Of a stretch of DNA of 64,000 nucleotides, positions 11,999 to 23,581 are shown piece by piece. Numbering within the stretch: position 1 is the stretch's first letter; each line of letters begins with the position of its first letter. The notes under the pieces were generated by a model, which made no database searches, was not told where the DNA came from, and saw only the letters and a list, made by a program, of their open reading frames with translations. A program made the position numbers and the translations under genes. Source of the DNA: Mobula hypostoma (lineage: Eukaryota); contig NC_086097.1 of the NCBI RefSeq assembly GCF_963921235.1, forward strand, positions 108,378,001 through 108,442,000, written 5' to 3'.

Positions 11999-13502
11999 TT
12001 AAACAGGGTGACCCGTTGGGGCACTCTTTGAGAGAAGGGTAGTGCGGTCTGATATGACCAGAATGAACATTAAATTTTCCTGAATGCTATTGCTATCTCT
12101 TTGATTTGGAAATTAAAGAAAAAAAACTCAGCTTATTAAAGAAGAAAGATGCATAGCAAGACAAATATGTGACCAGAATTAACATTAAGTATCCATGAAG
12201 TAAATTTGAAGGAATCGGGCTTACTGGGTCGGGTCTGGAATTAAATGTCTGATGTAATGATGGACTTGGCCTTGAATAATCACAGAAGGATTCCTTCGAT
12301 TCCTAGCTGGAATGACTTCTTTGGCACCAAAGGATGTCATTTGGAAGAGGCAATTTTATTGTCTGATGTTTTTCCTGAACTCATTTGCAATAGGTTCATC
12401 ATTGCTGTACAAATTGAGAAGTTCATTAGGTACAGGCTGCAAATTGCCTATCCTGACCTGTCCCTTCATACAGCAGAAATGTGTGGTTTCTCCAGTGAAT
12501 AGGAAGGCACGACAGTGAGGGCATACTCTGGTCATCGAACCAACATCAGCAGAAATGTGATGGCATGGGAGTTGTGCATTTTGCCTTGCCCTTTCTCTGT
12601 TGAGGTACTGTTGTTGAAAGTGGCCATTGTCGTCTTCAGCAACTCTCGCAATAATTGCTCTGTGCCACATATTCTCGAGTTGATCTTTCCTTTTCTCCTC
12701 TGTCTCTTCCTCTCTCCTCCTTTTCTGCCTGTTTTTGTCATTCTGGAGACATGCAGCCCTTTCAACCTTCGTCTCTTCATCTCTTCTACCATTTGTTCTT
12801 CTTCTCTGATCCTGGAGTCGTGTGGTCCTGGCCTGATCGGATTCTTGTTCTCTCCTCCATCTGTGTCTATTGTTGTCATTTTGGAGACGTGCATATCTGT
12901 CCTCCTCTGTTTCGTCTTCTCTCATCTTTTTTGTCCTGACTCTTTGATCCTGGAGTCGTGCGGCCCTGGCCTCATCCAATTGTTGTTCTTTCCTTCTCCT
13001 TGCCGCTTCCCGACGACGTTTAGTGTCATCTCTTGACCATAATGTCCCCCTTCTCTTTCCACGCGGCATAATTAGGCTATCCATATATTTTCACCCTAGT
13101 GCTTGATAGAAGATAGGAAGCAGTAACACCCAAGCCTCCAAGCTGCTGAGGCTGGCCGTGCGCATGCGCAGTGGTGTGGCGTCGCAGTCTCCATGGAAGG
13201 TGGAGCCAGCTCTGTGAGCATCGTGAGGCGCTGCTGAGGCTATCCGTGCGCATGCGTCGAGCTGTGGCATCCCGATTTCCATGATGGCCAATCGGGTCTC
13301 AGGTGAAAGAGAGCCTGTTGATTTTTGGCGAATGAGCAATTTTGTATGAATATATAACCCTGAACTTTGCCTGCATTCTGTAAGTTAGCGCATTTTAATT
13401 CGATTTAGCCAAAAAAAGTGCCGCTCTAATGCACTGTTTGCACTAATTGGAGGTCACAAACAGACAGACAGACAGAGCATGAGAGTTTTAGTAGTATATA
13501 AA
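11999..13502 (-). mobile_element. Helitron, internally deleted, retaining the N-terminus of RepHel
   Basis: 5' end t(t)tatatactactaaaactctc...(tctg)n. Subterminal 3' hairpin gtg-ccc/ggg-cac at about 12008-12024. ORF 12356-13084 has CPHC..CC..GQV..FRKNIRQ and reads on through stops as NCLFQMTSFGA...IIQGQVHH...RFLQIYFMD. Splits a Rex1/Babar 3' tail. Confidence 0.88.
12190..13084 (-). pseudogene. Helitron RepHel N-terminal pseudo-ORF (23-aa STPR-like repeats, Zn finger, pre-Rep motifs)
   Basis: A single frame with two in-frame TAA stops; motifs as listed for the Helitron. Confidence 0.85.
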
Positions 13503-13577
13503 TATTATTTTTGTTTTTTGCTTGATTTTTAATCTATTCAATATACATATACCGTAATTGATTGATATTCTGATTCT

Positions 13578-13735
13578 GAGGAACTCAGCAGGCCAGGCAG
13601 CATCTATGGAAAGGAGTAATCGACGTTTCAGGCAAAAACCCTTCATCGGGACCTGATAGATGCTGCCTGGCCTGCCGAGTTCCTCCAGCATTTTCAGTGT
13701 GTTGATTTGGATTTCCAGCATCTGTAGATTGTCTC
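13578..13735. mobile_element. Penelope-like inverted pLTR pair (short)
   Basis: gaggaactcagcaggccaggcagcatctat ... atagatgctgcctggcctgccgagttcctc, ending ttccagcatctgtag. Confidence 0.75.
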
Positions 13736-15227
13736 ATGTTTGTGATTGGAAATAAATGGGTTGTCTTCAGGTGGGATGCTGCAGGGACTGGTGCTGGGGC
13801 ACCAGCTGTAATAATTGATAAAGAAATGAATGAATCAAATTATGTTATTCTACCAAAATATTCAGCATTATACTTCACCTGCCGCTTGCTTGCCCATTCC
13901 ATCATTATGGTCATTGTCACAGTTTATCCCACAAACTTTTATGTCATCTGTAAACCTGGAAATTGTATACCGTTCACACCAGGTTATTAATGTACAGTTT
14001 CGTAAAGCAGTGTTCATTGTACTGAGTCCTGTGGGCACCGTACACTTCCCTTGTTCAAGAAATAAGCTTGCACTTCTAAATGACATCAATGTAATTCAAC
14101 CAAAAAAGAAGCAGAGATGAGTAAATAACTCTCGGAGCAGTGAGCTGGATGCCAGCCCATCCCCCACCTCTGGCCACGATACCCTGATCTTTTCAATTTG
14201 GCCCAGCGCTTAAATCGTCCTAACCTCAGGTCAGTCCTTGATCTCGGAGCCGGACCCTGCCACTTTGATGCACGCTCAGATTGAGTATCTTGGGCTTCAA
14301 TATTTTGATGTTACAAAGTTTTGCAATTCTTTATCTCAACTCTTTCACAGACACTATTTGGCTGTGTAAACACATTTACAAAAGGCAAGGAGGATTTTAT
14401 TGTATTTAAATTTGTTTGCCTCACTTGACCTGTTTCAGCATTGTTCAGAAGTTTTGCTCAGTTGCAATAATTGGCTTCCATTGAATATTTTGAATAGAGT
14501 GCTAGGTGAGCCCTGATAATTAGGTTATCAAAGCTCTAGGTGTTCAATACTTTGGGTATTTGTGCTGTGCCAGAAGTCACGTTGTTATCTTTGAAAATGC
14601 AATATGAGCAGTAGGAGCTTGTTAGGAGATGTAATCATCCAGTGCACACAGCGCAGGGAATGTTGCATACACAGATTAGGTAATGGCATCCTCACTAAAA
14701 TGAGCCAAAACGATGACACCTGACATTTTTGTAGACCCAGGTGACTTCTTCCAGATCTTCCGCAAGGAGGGTCAATGCTTCTGCTGCTGCCCGTGCACGG
14801 GAGGGGAGCTGGGAGGCTTTGGGCTTCTGAAGTTACTGTCATTCATTCTTTGGGGTTTCTTGTTTCGTTGTTGTCTCTATGAGGTGTAAGAATTTCAGGT
14901 TGTATACTACATACATTCTCTGATATTAATTTCAAACGTCTGAACACAGGTCACAAACCTGTGAGAGAAAACAAATTTTTGAATTTCTGAAGGGGTGGAA
15001 ATTGGGTGGTGAAAGGGGGAGACGGGCCACAGAAAATATCTCTTGACCGTTTGAACCAAGTTTGCCATGGTGATAACCTGTTGATGAAGTCATTTGGTTA
15101 TTAATGAAGAAAGTTAGAAAGAGAAATAAAATAAAGGAGCTTGTAAAAACTGAAATGCTGGTGAGGTGTGTGGGAAGTGCTCTGCACAGTTGGCAGTGTT
15201 GTGATGATAGAATTCTTCTCTTCGTCA

Positions 15228-15800
15228 ATCTTTTTATTAATTTAAAAAAGTACATATATACAAACAAGTGGAGGATTATCTCATATCTCTATCGATAACA
15301 ATATGTATAAAAGGTAAAATAAATATTATCAAGATCATACATAGTGTTAATCTAATAGTATATAATAAAAATAAAATACTCAATTCTCCTCTTATTTCAT
15401 AAAAAGAAAAAAAAGAAACTTTTATAATTTTTGTATATAGAAAAAAACCCACTATTCTCTATAAACAAAAAAAAAATTAATAAAAAGGGAAAAAAGGACT
15501 GGGCAGCCCGTATTGAGAGTAAAGCAAGAAAAAAGAAAAACTTTTTGATCAAATCCAAAGTTTAGAGAAACTAACTGGAAGAGCAATAAATCAAGCCATG
15601 TGAAAATATTGAATAAAATTTCGCCAGGTTTTTTCAAATTTGAGGGATGTATCAAATGTCCGACTTCTTATTTTCTCTAAACTTAGACAGGACATAATGG
15701 AGGAAAGCCAATCAAAAACAGTAGGTGGATTAGAGTCATTCCATTTAAGCAAAATAGCTCTCCTTGCCAATAAAGTTGTAAAAGCTATCATCTGTTGAGC
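15228..15800 (-). mobile_element. L1-clade LINE 3' end (ORF2 C-terminus and 3' UTR)
   Basis: ORF 15591-15791 IAFTTLLARRAILLKW..NPPT...W...L.LEKIR....FEKTW..FI resembles the fish L1 ORF2 C-terminus; T-rich UTR with aataaa. Confidence 0.7.
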
Positions 15801-16515
15801 GGAAACAGGTGGTGATGGAATTCTGAGTTAATGTAACAAATGGATAACCTGGAGCAGAACTGGCCTGTAGCCCAGCGCCTCCTTTCACCACTCCATCGGA
15901 AAACTTGGTGGCATTGGGTGGTAGTGAAGGGCTGTTTTTCAAATTGGAGGCCTGTGACCACAAGGGTAGGTGTTGGGACTTTGTTGTTTCATTTGAATGG
16001 GAATGTCGGTGGCATAATTGTAAGCTTGCAGTTGACACCAAAATTGCGGGTGAATAAGATTATCTCAGGTTATGACAGGATATACAGGTAAGTACATGTT
16101 TGGCACAGCATTGTGGGCCGAAGGGCCTGTATTGTGCTGTAGGTTTTCTATGTTTCTATGTAGATCACCTGGGCAATAGGCAAAGGAACAGCTTATTTAA
16201 CACAGACAAAACAAAAGGTTCAAAGGTTCATTTATTATCAAAGTACACAATTCTGAAATTCTCTACAGATAACCACGAAGCCAAGAAATAAAAGAATGGT
16301 CGCATGATCATCAACTCCCAAATCCCTTCTCCATGCAAAAAAAAACTGGAGCAGGCACTTCGACCTCCAAAACTACCCTCCCCCCCCCACACAAAAAAAA
16401 ACTGAAAGATTGGGTGAAAACACAGACTATAAAAAAACTGTAAGACTGAAAAAAAGTATATCGTCCCGAGTCCACATCCAAATCATAGAAAACCTGGGCA
16501 CAGTGGCAGGCCTTT

Positions 16516-16695
16516 CCCTCTCCGTTAGCAGAGTGGACTCACCAGCAATCAAAGTCAGTCTCTCCTCTCCAGCAGCAGAGCGATCCCACTGGCAATCAAA
16601 ATGCAGTCTCCCCTCTCCAGTAGCAGAGTGATCTCACCAGTGATCAAAAGGCAGTCTCTCTTCTCTAGCAGCGGAGAGATCTACCAGTGTATCAG
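16516..16695. repeat. About 4 degenerate copies of a 47-49 bp unit within a LINE-like remnant
   Basis: Recurring cctctccagcagcagagcgatc..accagcaatcaaaa.gcagtct. Confidence 0.7.
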
Positions 16696-16785
16696 TGGAA
16701 TGGAGTCCAACATTGTCTCACGCCCTGTCCCGCAGCCATCTTACCTCGAGGTTCCCATACGCTGCCTCTGCCTCCTGGAATCGGA

Positions 16786-17065
16786 TAGAGGGGAAGCCTT
16801 TTAGGACCGAGATTAGGAAAAACTTCTTCACACAGAGAGTGGTGAATCTGTGGAATTCTCTGCCACAGGAAACAGTTGAGGCCAGTTCATTGGCTATATT
16901 TAAGAGGGAGTTAGATATGGCCCTTCTGGCTACGGGGGTCAGGGGGTATGGAGGGAAGACTGGGGCGGGGTTCTGAGTTGGATGATCAGCCATGATCATA
17001 ATAAATGGCGGTGCAGGCTCGAAGGGCCGAATGGCCTACTCCTGCACCTATTTTCTATGTTTCTA
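16786..17065 (+). mobile_element. Young CR1 3' end
   Basis: Encodes FRTEIRKNFFTQRVVNLWNSLP; tail tttctatgtttctatg; closely matches 46950-47230. Confidence 0.92.
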
Positions 17066-17681
17066 TGTTTCTGTGTTGGGTTCACACATCTGGTACTGTT
17101 TCTGTGCTGGGTTCTCACATCTGGTACTGTTTCTGTGCTGGGTTCTCACATCTGGTACTGTTTCTGTGTTGGGTTCCCACATCGGGTACTGTTTCTGTGT
17201 TGGGTTCCAGCATCTGGTACTGTTTCTGTGTTGGGTTCACACATCTGGTACTGTTTCTGTGCTGGGTTCTCACATCTGGTACTGTTTCTGTGTTGGGTTC
17301 CCACATCTGGTACTGTTTCTGTGCTGGGTTCTCACATCTGGTACTGTTTCTGTGTTGGGTTCACGCATCTGGTACTGTTTCTGTGTTTGGTTCCAGCATC
17401 TGGTACTGTTTCTGTGTTCGGTTCCAGCATCTGGTACTGTTTCTGTGTTGGGTTCACGCATCTGGTACTGTTTCTGTGTTGGGTTCACGCATCTGATACT
17501 GTTTCTGTGTTGGGTTCCAGCATCTGGTACTGTTTCTGTGTTTGGTTCCAGCATCTGGTACTGTTTCTGTGTTTGGTTCCAGCATCTGGTACTGTTTCTG
17601 TGTTCGGTTCCAGCATCTGGTACTGTTTCTGTGTTCGGTTCCAGCATCTGGTACTGTTTCTGTGTTGGGTTCTCACATCTG
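17066..17681. repeat. Minisatellite, 31-bp unit tgtttctgtgttgggttc(ac/tc/cc)acatctggtac, 20 copies (last partial)
   Basis: Units start at 17066, 17097 ... 17655 (exactly 19x31), with no net indel. Confidence 0.97.
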
Positions 17682-18794
17682 CAGTCTCTTACATCTTCGT
17701 GGTAGTGCTGAGTTTCTGCTACAATTGGGTGAAGTGGCTGACACACCTATGTGTATGTGTATATATTGGCTTCTGGTTAATAACCGGAATAAACCAGTAC
17801 ATTTTGGCCCAATAAGTGGCTGTTGTAATTAGCCAAAGTTTTATGGAAATAGTTTTTTAAAAAGTGTTTAAAAAAGACAAACTGCCGTTTAACTGAGTAA
17901 TATATTATGCACATAAATGAAATACAGAACAAATTAGAATGCCACCAATACTACTGTGGTTGTCTGTCATATCTGATGATGACAAGAAACCTGTGCAGGA
18001 GAGTTTTAAAGTGGAAATGTTTTAAAGTTGCTCTGGGGCAGTTCCACTCCTTTGACTTCAGATGACCAGTGAGACAAGTGGATGTCACAACAGGAGACTT
18101 CCCTGGTTGTAATGTGTGACCACAGCTGGGTTGTGCCTTGTCATGCCCTTCCCTCTCCACGAAGCGCTGCAGAGCCGCCTTCCAGGCCATTGGCTCTCAC
18201 CCGCCATGTCTGCGGGAGCTGACTTCACATGCACGGACAAGCGTATCCCTATCTCACCGGGGTATGAGACCTGCCAGCTACCTCCTGTCGAAGTGGCATA
18301 TTGTCACAAGTAAAGAAAGGGTATCCTTGCTGTTGTCTTGATTTGTTTTTGTAGCTGCCCAATTAGCCGAGTTCACTGTGTGTATATATACATTTGCACT
18401 GGATGGACTGATTTTAAATTAGTGTGAAGGAAGGTATAGTCACTGTTCAGTAGATACCATCCCTGTCACATGCTCAACTTCATTGGACTTGTGCTTCATT
18501 TTTTTGAGCGCATTAGTGGGAAAGCCTTCTCCTCTAGCCTAATATGCATTTGGGACTGGAAGGGGCTCCTTCACTATGAATCAACAGGCATCTGTTGTAA
18601 GCCACTCTACCCTGGCAGGCGAAGTTAGTTTTGAAGTATTGCTGTGACTGTGAGCAGATACGTGCATCATCTGTGCATTTATCAGGAAGGACCAAGGCAT
18701 GGGATTCAAGTGCCAGCTAGAGAGATGTCTGTCCTTGTGGTCCTGTGTTTCAGGAGTTAGTGAGAAGTGTAACTGTGTATCCTTGTGTATGTAA

Positions 18795-19540
18795 AGGAGA
18801 TGTATAGGAGAGAGATAGATTGGCTGGTTGAGTGGTGTCACAACAACAACCTCACACTCAACATCAGTAAGACCAAGGGTTTGATTATGGACTTCAGGAA
18901 TGGGAAGTTGAGAGAACACACACCAGTCCTCATTTAGTGGTTCAATGGCTGAAAGGATGAGTGGCTTCAAGTTCCTGGGTATCAACATCTCAGAGGGCCA
19001 TTCCTGGGCCCAACAAGTTGATGCAATCACAACGAAGGTACACCAGCGGCTGTTCTTTATTAGGAGTTCAAAGAGCCTTGCTGTGACACCAAAGACCTTT
19101 TCAAATTGCCACAGCTGTTTGTATGGTGGAGCATATTCTGACTGGTTGCTTCACCACCTGGTACAGAGGCTCCAATGCACAGGATCGAAAGAGGATTGTA
19201 GACCTCGCCAACTCCATCATGGACACAACCCTCCCTGCCTCTAAGGACATCTTCAAAAGGCTGTGCCTCCAGAAAATAGCCTCTGCTATTCGGGATGTCA
19301 CCACCCAGGACATGCCCTCTCATCATTGCTACCATCAGGGATAAGGTGCAGGAGCCTGAACACCCACACTAAGCATTTTAGGAACAACTTCTTCTCCACT
19401 ATCAGATTTCTGGAAGCCCGTGAATACTACCATGCTATTCCTCCTTTCCCTATTTATTGTAACTTATAGTTATTTTTATGTCTGGACTGCCGCAAAAAAA
19501 ATGACAGATTTCACAACATATGAACCTGATTCTGATTCTA
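18795..19540 (+). mobile_element. Rex1/Babar-like LINE 3' part (decayed)
   Basis: Reads WC..NNLTLNISKTK..IMDFR, FKFLGINISE..SW; tail ctgattctgattct. Confidence 0.7.
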
Positions 19541-20482
19541 AAGTGCAGTGTCAGGTGTCAGAGCACTAATCTGGGCATATCTCTCGTTGGGAGTTCCCGT
19601 GACACTGCATTAGCAGCTGCAGGTGATCTCCGTGGCTGCTGCCTACCATTTGTATTTCCTGGTCATTTTGTTGGACAGTCTACAGCGGTTGGCAAAAGCC
19701 TGAGACCCCTCATTTACCAGCTAAAAACAAAACATATGGCAAACACTCAGCAGGTCAAGTGGCATCTGTGGACAGAGGAACAGGTCAAGTCTCTTTGCCA
19801 TGAACATAATCAGAGCCTTTGGAATTCTGACCATGTTCACAGTGAATGGACTTGATATGTTAGCCCGTCCACAGATGCAACTGGACCTTCGGGTGCCTCG
19901 AGATATTTCAGTATTTCTTTCAGCTTTCCAGTGTGTGCAATTTTCATCCACCCAGGCTGTTAAAATCCTTCCAGTGGAGAGCCTCTCAGTGACAGCACAC
20001 AATTCAGCAGTCGACAGTGCACATTGAAAGGTAAAGCCCTGCATCGTGAGTTGAGAGGTGGTTGATGTTGAATCAGTGATCCCACATATTAACAGATTAA
20101 GGGTAGCACTGCACCCTTTGGAGCGTAGCGTCTATCATCAAGGACCCCCGTCTTCTGAGTCGCGCTCTCTTCTTGCTGCTGCTGTCAGGAAGGAAGTGCA
20201 GGAGCCTTAAGTTAACCACCACCAGGTTCAGAAACAGTTATTGCCCTCAACCATCAGGCTCCTGAACCAGAGGGGAGATCACTTCACTCAACTTTACTCA
20301 CCTCTACACTAAACTGTGGAATGGAGGGTACTGGGAATCAGGACGGAAAGTGGAGTTGAAGTCAGTCAGCATAGTACTCACGATAAACACGAGGAATTCT
20401 GCAGATGCTGGAAATTCAAGCAACACACATCAAAGTTGCTGGTGAACGCAGCAGGCCAGGCAGCATCTCTAGGAAGAGGTAC

Positions 20483-20518
20483 AGTCGACGTTTCGGGCCG
20501 AAACCCTTCGTCAGGACT
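20483..20518 (-). ncRNA. Minimal type I hammerhead ribozyme (PLE type), intact core
   Basis: Minus strand AGTC-CTGACGA-A-GGGT(TTCG)GCCC-GAAAC-GTC-GACT. Confidence 0.85.
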
Positions 20519-20694
20519 AACTGAAGGAAGACTGAGTAAGGGATTTGAAAGTTGGAGGGGGAGGGGGAGATCCAAAATGATAGGAGAAGACAGGAGGGGG
20601 AGGGAGAGGGAGACCCCTCCTGTCTTCTCCTATTATTTTGGATCTCCCCCTCCCCCTCCCACTTCCAAATCTCTTACTAGCTCTTCCTTCAGTT

Positions 20695-20730
20695 AGTCCT
20701 GACGAAGGGTCTCGGCCCGAAACGTCGACT
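20695..20730 (+). ncRNA. Minimal type I hammerhead ribozyme (PLE type), intact core
   Basis: AGTC-CTGACGA-A-GGGT(CTCG)GCCC-GAAAC-GTC-GACT: stem I AGUC/GACU, palindromic ACGU in place of stem III, predicted cleavage after C20726. Confidence 0.85.
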
Positions 20731-21079
20731 GTACCTCTTCCTAGAGATGCTGCCTGGCCTGCTGCGTTCACCAGCAACTTTGATGTATATTACTCACGAT
20801 GTTGAATGGCAGAGCAGGCATGACACCAACATGGTCCACAGAGGGGACTGGAATGTCACCACCCATCCTGACAGCCTCCAGTGTACCTGAGCACACAGTC
20901 ATCATTCAATTTCTGGTTTAATTGTCCTTCAACCAAATACATGAATACAGCCAAATGGAACAGTGTTCCTCTGAGGCCAAGGTACAAAACACTGCACACA
21001 CAGTCACCCACAGCACATATAGTTATGATAGCAGTAAACATACAGTCACAAAAAAATTATAGCTGGAGTCCCTGAGTGT

Positions 21080-23460
21080 CATGCCTGTAGCTGGATGGCT
21101 TATGGGATATTGTCTTGGAGCCACGTTGCTGCAAGAACAAATTTCTGCTTTAAGAAGACCAGTGTTATCCCGGTACCGAAGGAAAACAGGGTAATGTGCT
21201 TTTATTGGTAGCTCTGACATCCACCATCACGAAGCTGGTCATGGCACACATTAACTCCAGCCGCCCAGACAACCTCAACCCACTGCAATTTGCCTACGGC
21301 TGACACTGGTCTATAGTAGAATCCATTTCTATGGCACTATGCTCATCTGGACAGTAAAGACACGTATGTTAGACTATTGTTTATCGACTACAGTACTGCC
21401 TTCAATACTATTAGTTCCAAGGAAACTAGTCATAAAATTCCTAGACCTGGGGGTCACTACCTCCTTTTGTAACTGGATCCTTGACTTCCTGACCAATAGA
21501 TTGCAAGCAGTAAGGATTGGCAGCAACACCTCTGCCACGATTATCCTGAACACCGGTACCCCACAAGTTAGTCCTCAGGCCCCACTTTACTCCCTGTACA
21601 CTCACAACAGTGTGGCCAGATTCTGCTTTAATTTCATCTGCAAGTTTGCAGATGACATCACAGTGGTGAGCTGTATCTCAGATAGCTATGAGTCAGAGTA
21701 CATGAAGGATACAGAGAGCTTAGTAACATTGTGTCAGGACAATGACCTTTCCCCTAATGTAAGTGAAACAAAAGAGCTGGTAAATGACGTCAGGAACAGG
21801 GGCGGTTAACATACTGGTGTTTACATCAATGGTGCTGATTGATTGAAACACAGCCAAGAAAGCTCACCAACGCCTCAACTTCTTCAGGATGCTAAAGATG
21901 TTTTGACACTCATCAATTTTTATTGATGCACCATTGAAAGCATCCTGTCTGGAAGCATTTCATGGTTTGGTATTGCAACTGCTCTGCCCAAGACAGCAAG
22001 AAACTCCTGAGAGTACCTGGAAATCAGCTACCCCTCCATTGACTCCTCTCTGCTTCTTGCTGCCTTAGTAATGCATCAAACCCAGCCTTTCTGGACACTC
22101 TTCTCCCCTCCTCCTATTGTGCAGGTACAAGAGACTAGAAGCATATTCCACCAGGCTGAAGGATAGATTCTATCATTATAAGACTATTGAATAGTTCCCT
22201 AAGATGGTAAACTGAGCCCTTGACCTCACAATCGACCTCATTATGACCTTGCACTCTATTGTCTACCAACACTGCACTTTCTCTGTAAATGAACCACTTT
22301 ATTCAGCACCCTGTTAATGCTTTACCTTCCTCTACCTCAGGCTACGTCCACACTATGCTGGATAATTTTGAAAACGAAGCTTTTTCTCTTCGTTTTGACC
22401 CTCTGTCCACACTAAAACGGCGTTTTCATCCTCTGAAAATAGAGATTTTCAGAAACGGTCTCCAGAGTGAATAAATCTGAAAACGCCTAATATCTGTTGC
22501 AGTGTGGACATGGTAAACAGAGCTTTTTAAAACCGCTGTCATGACGTGCCGCAACAGATGACGGCAGTGTGGCATTTCATTGTTTTATTATTATTACTTT
22601 ATTGTCGCCAAACAATTGATACTAGAGCGTACAATCATCACAGTGATATTTGATTCTGCGCTTCGCAGAACTTAACAATTTCAGAACAGACGGCAACAAG
22701 ACTGAAGCCAGAAGAGTTAGAAATGTACTCACCAAATACTTTGACCCATAGCTTACTGAATAAATAATTATACCCACTTTGCCCGGTTTTCTGTCCTTGC
22801 TTGGATGAAGGTAAGTACAGAAAACACCCTCCGCCACCTCCAGTTTAAATTCTATGCGGAATATTTTGGAGGACCAAGAACCAAGAACCAAGGTGGTTTA
22901 CCTATTTATGCAAGTACTTCTCTGACAATAGATGTGTAACAGCCTAATGTAACATTGTGTGGAAATACAAGATAACACTGATACAGACATATTTTATACA
23001 TTTAACAAGGTGCTTTATTAATGCAACAGAGTTAGTCAGTTTTTCAATGTTCGTCGTCAGCTGAGTCATACTGTCCGTGAACTCCCTGTCGGTTGCCTCC
23101 ATGCGCTCCAGTATTTGTTTTTTTTTAGTTTTAAGTCCTCCTGCGCGAGAGCCAAGAGCAATTCCTTGGAAGTTTTTCTACTCTGTAACTGGACAAACGC
23201 GCACCAGGTATACCATTTCCTCTTCGCTTGTTTTCTGTGTGTCCTGCGCATGCCCAGTAGGAGGAGATTCGCCCAAATATCCGTCTAATGTGGACAGAGA
23301 TATTTTGAAAATCGCTTAGTGTGGACGCCTGTCGTTTTTACTCGAAACCGGAGTTTTCAAAATTATGCAGCGTAGTGTGGACGTAGCCTCAGTGCACTGT
23401 TGTGATGATTTGTATGAAAGGTGTGCACGACAAAGCTTTGGGACAATAGTAAAACAAATT
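21080..23460 (+). mobile_element. Rex1/Babar-like LINE (RT and 3' end), interrupted by a Harbinger element at 22340-23388
   Basis: ORF 21339-21809: [16 protein letters not shown]...TGTPQ...PLYSLYT...KFADDITVV..IS...ESEY. Confidence 0.8.
22340..23388 (-). mobile_element. PIF/Harbinger non-autonomous element, TSD TCA
   Basis: TIRs ggctacgtccacacta.gctg.ataattttgaaaac; TCA at 22337-22339 and 23389-23391; internal remnant ELLLALAQEDLKLKK similar to the Harbinger Myb-protein C-terminus. Confidence 0.88.
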
Positions 23461-23581
23461 CACTGTTTTTCTTTTTGTTACCTTTTTACGTCACAGCCAG
23501 CCAGCTGATTTGGTTCGGATCCCGATCACCAACAAATACATAATCACCCTGCACTGCATATTACTAAATTTGGAGCATACA

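Larger units (their letters stand above)
20385..20790. mobile_element. Penelope-like inverted pLTR pair with 10-bp TSD TACTCACGAT
   Basis: TSD at 20375-20384 and 20791-20800; arms of about 170 bp are nearly perfectly complementary. Confidence 0.9.

Noticed and set aside
12515..13036. 173-aa hydrophobic + strand ORF
   Set aside because: Antisense shadow of the purine-rich Helitron repeats.
12356..13084. Host trichohyalin-like or coiled-coil gene
   Set aside because: It continues through stops into Helitron Rep motifs and is bounded by Helitron-type ends.
17066..17681. Possible CRISPR array, or Cys/Trp-rich proteins (ORFs of 277, 237 and 163 aa)
   Set aside because: Units are contiguous with no unique spacers, no cas genes are present, and the context is eukaryotic. 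The ORFs are by-products of a stop-free 31-bp repeat.
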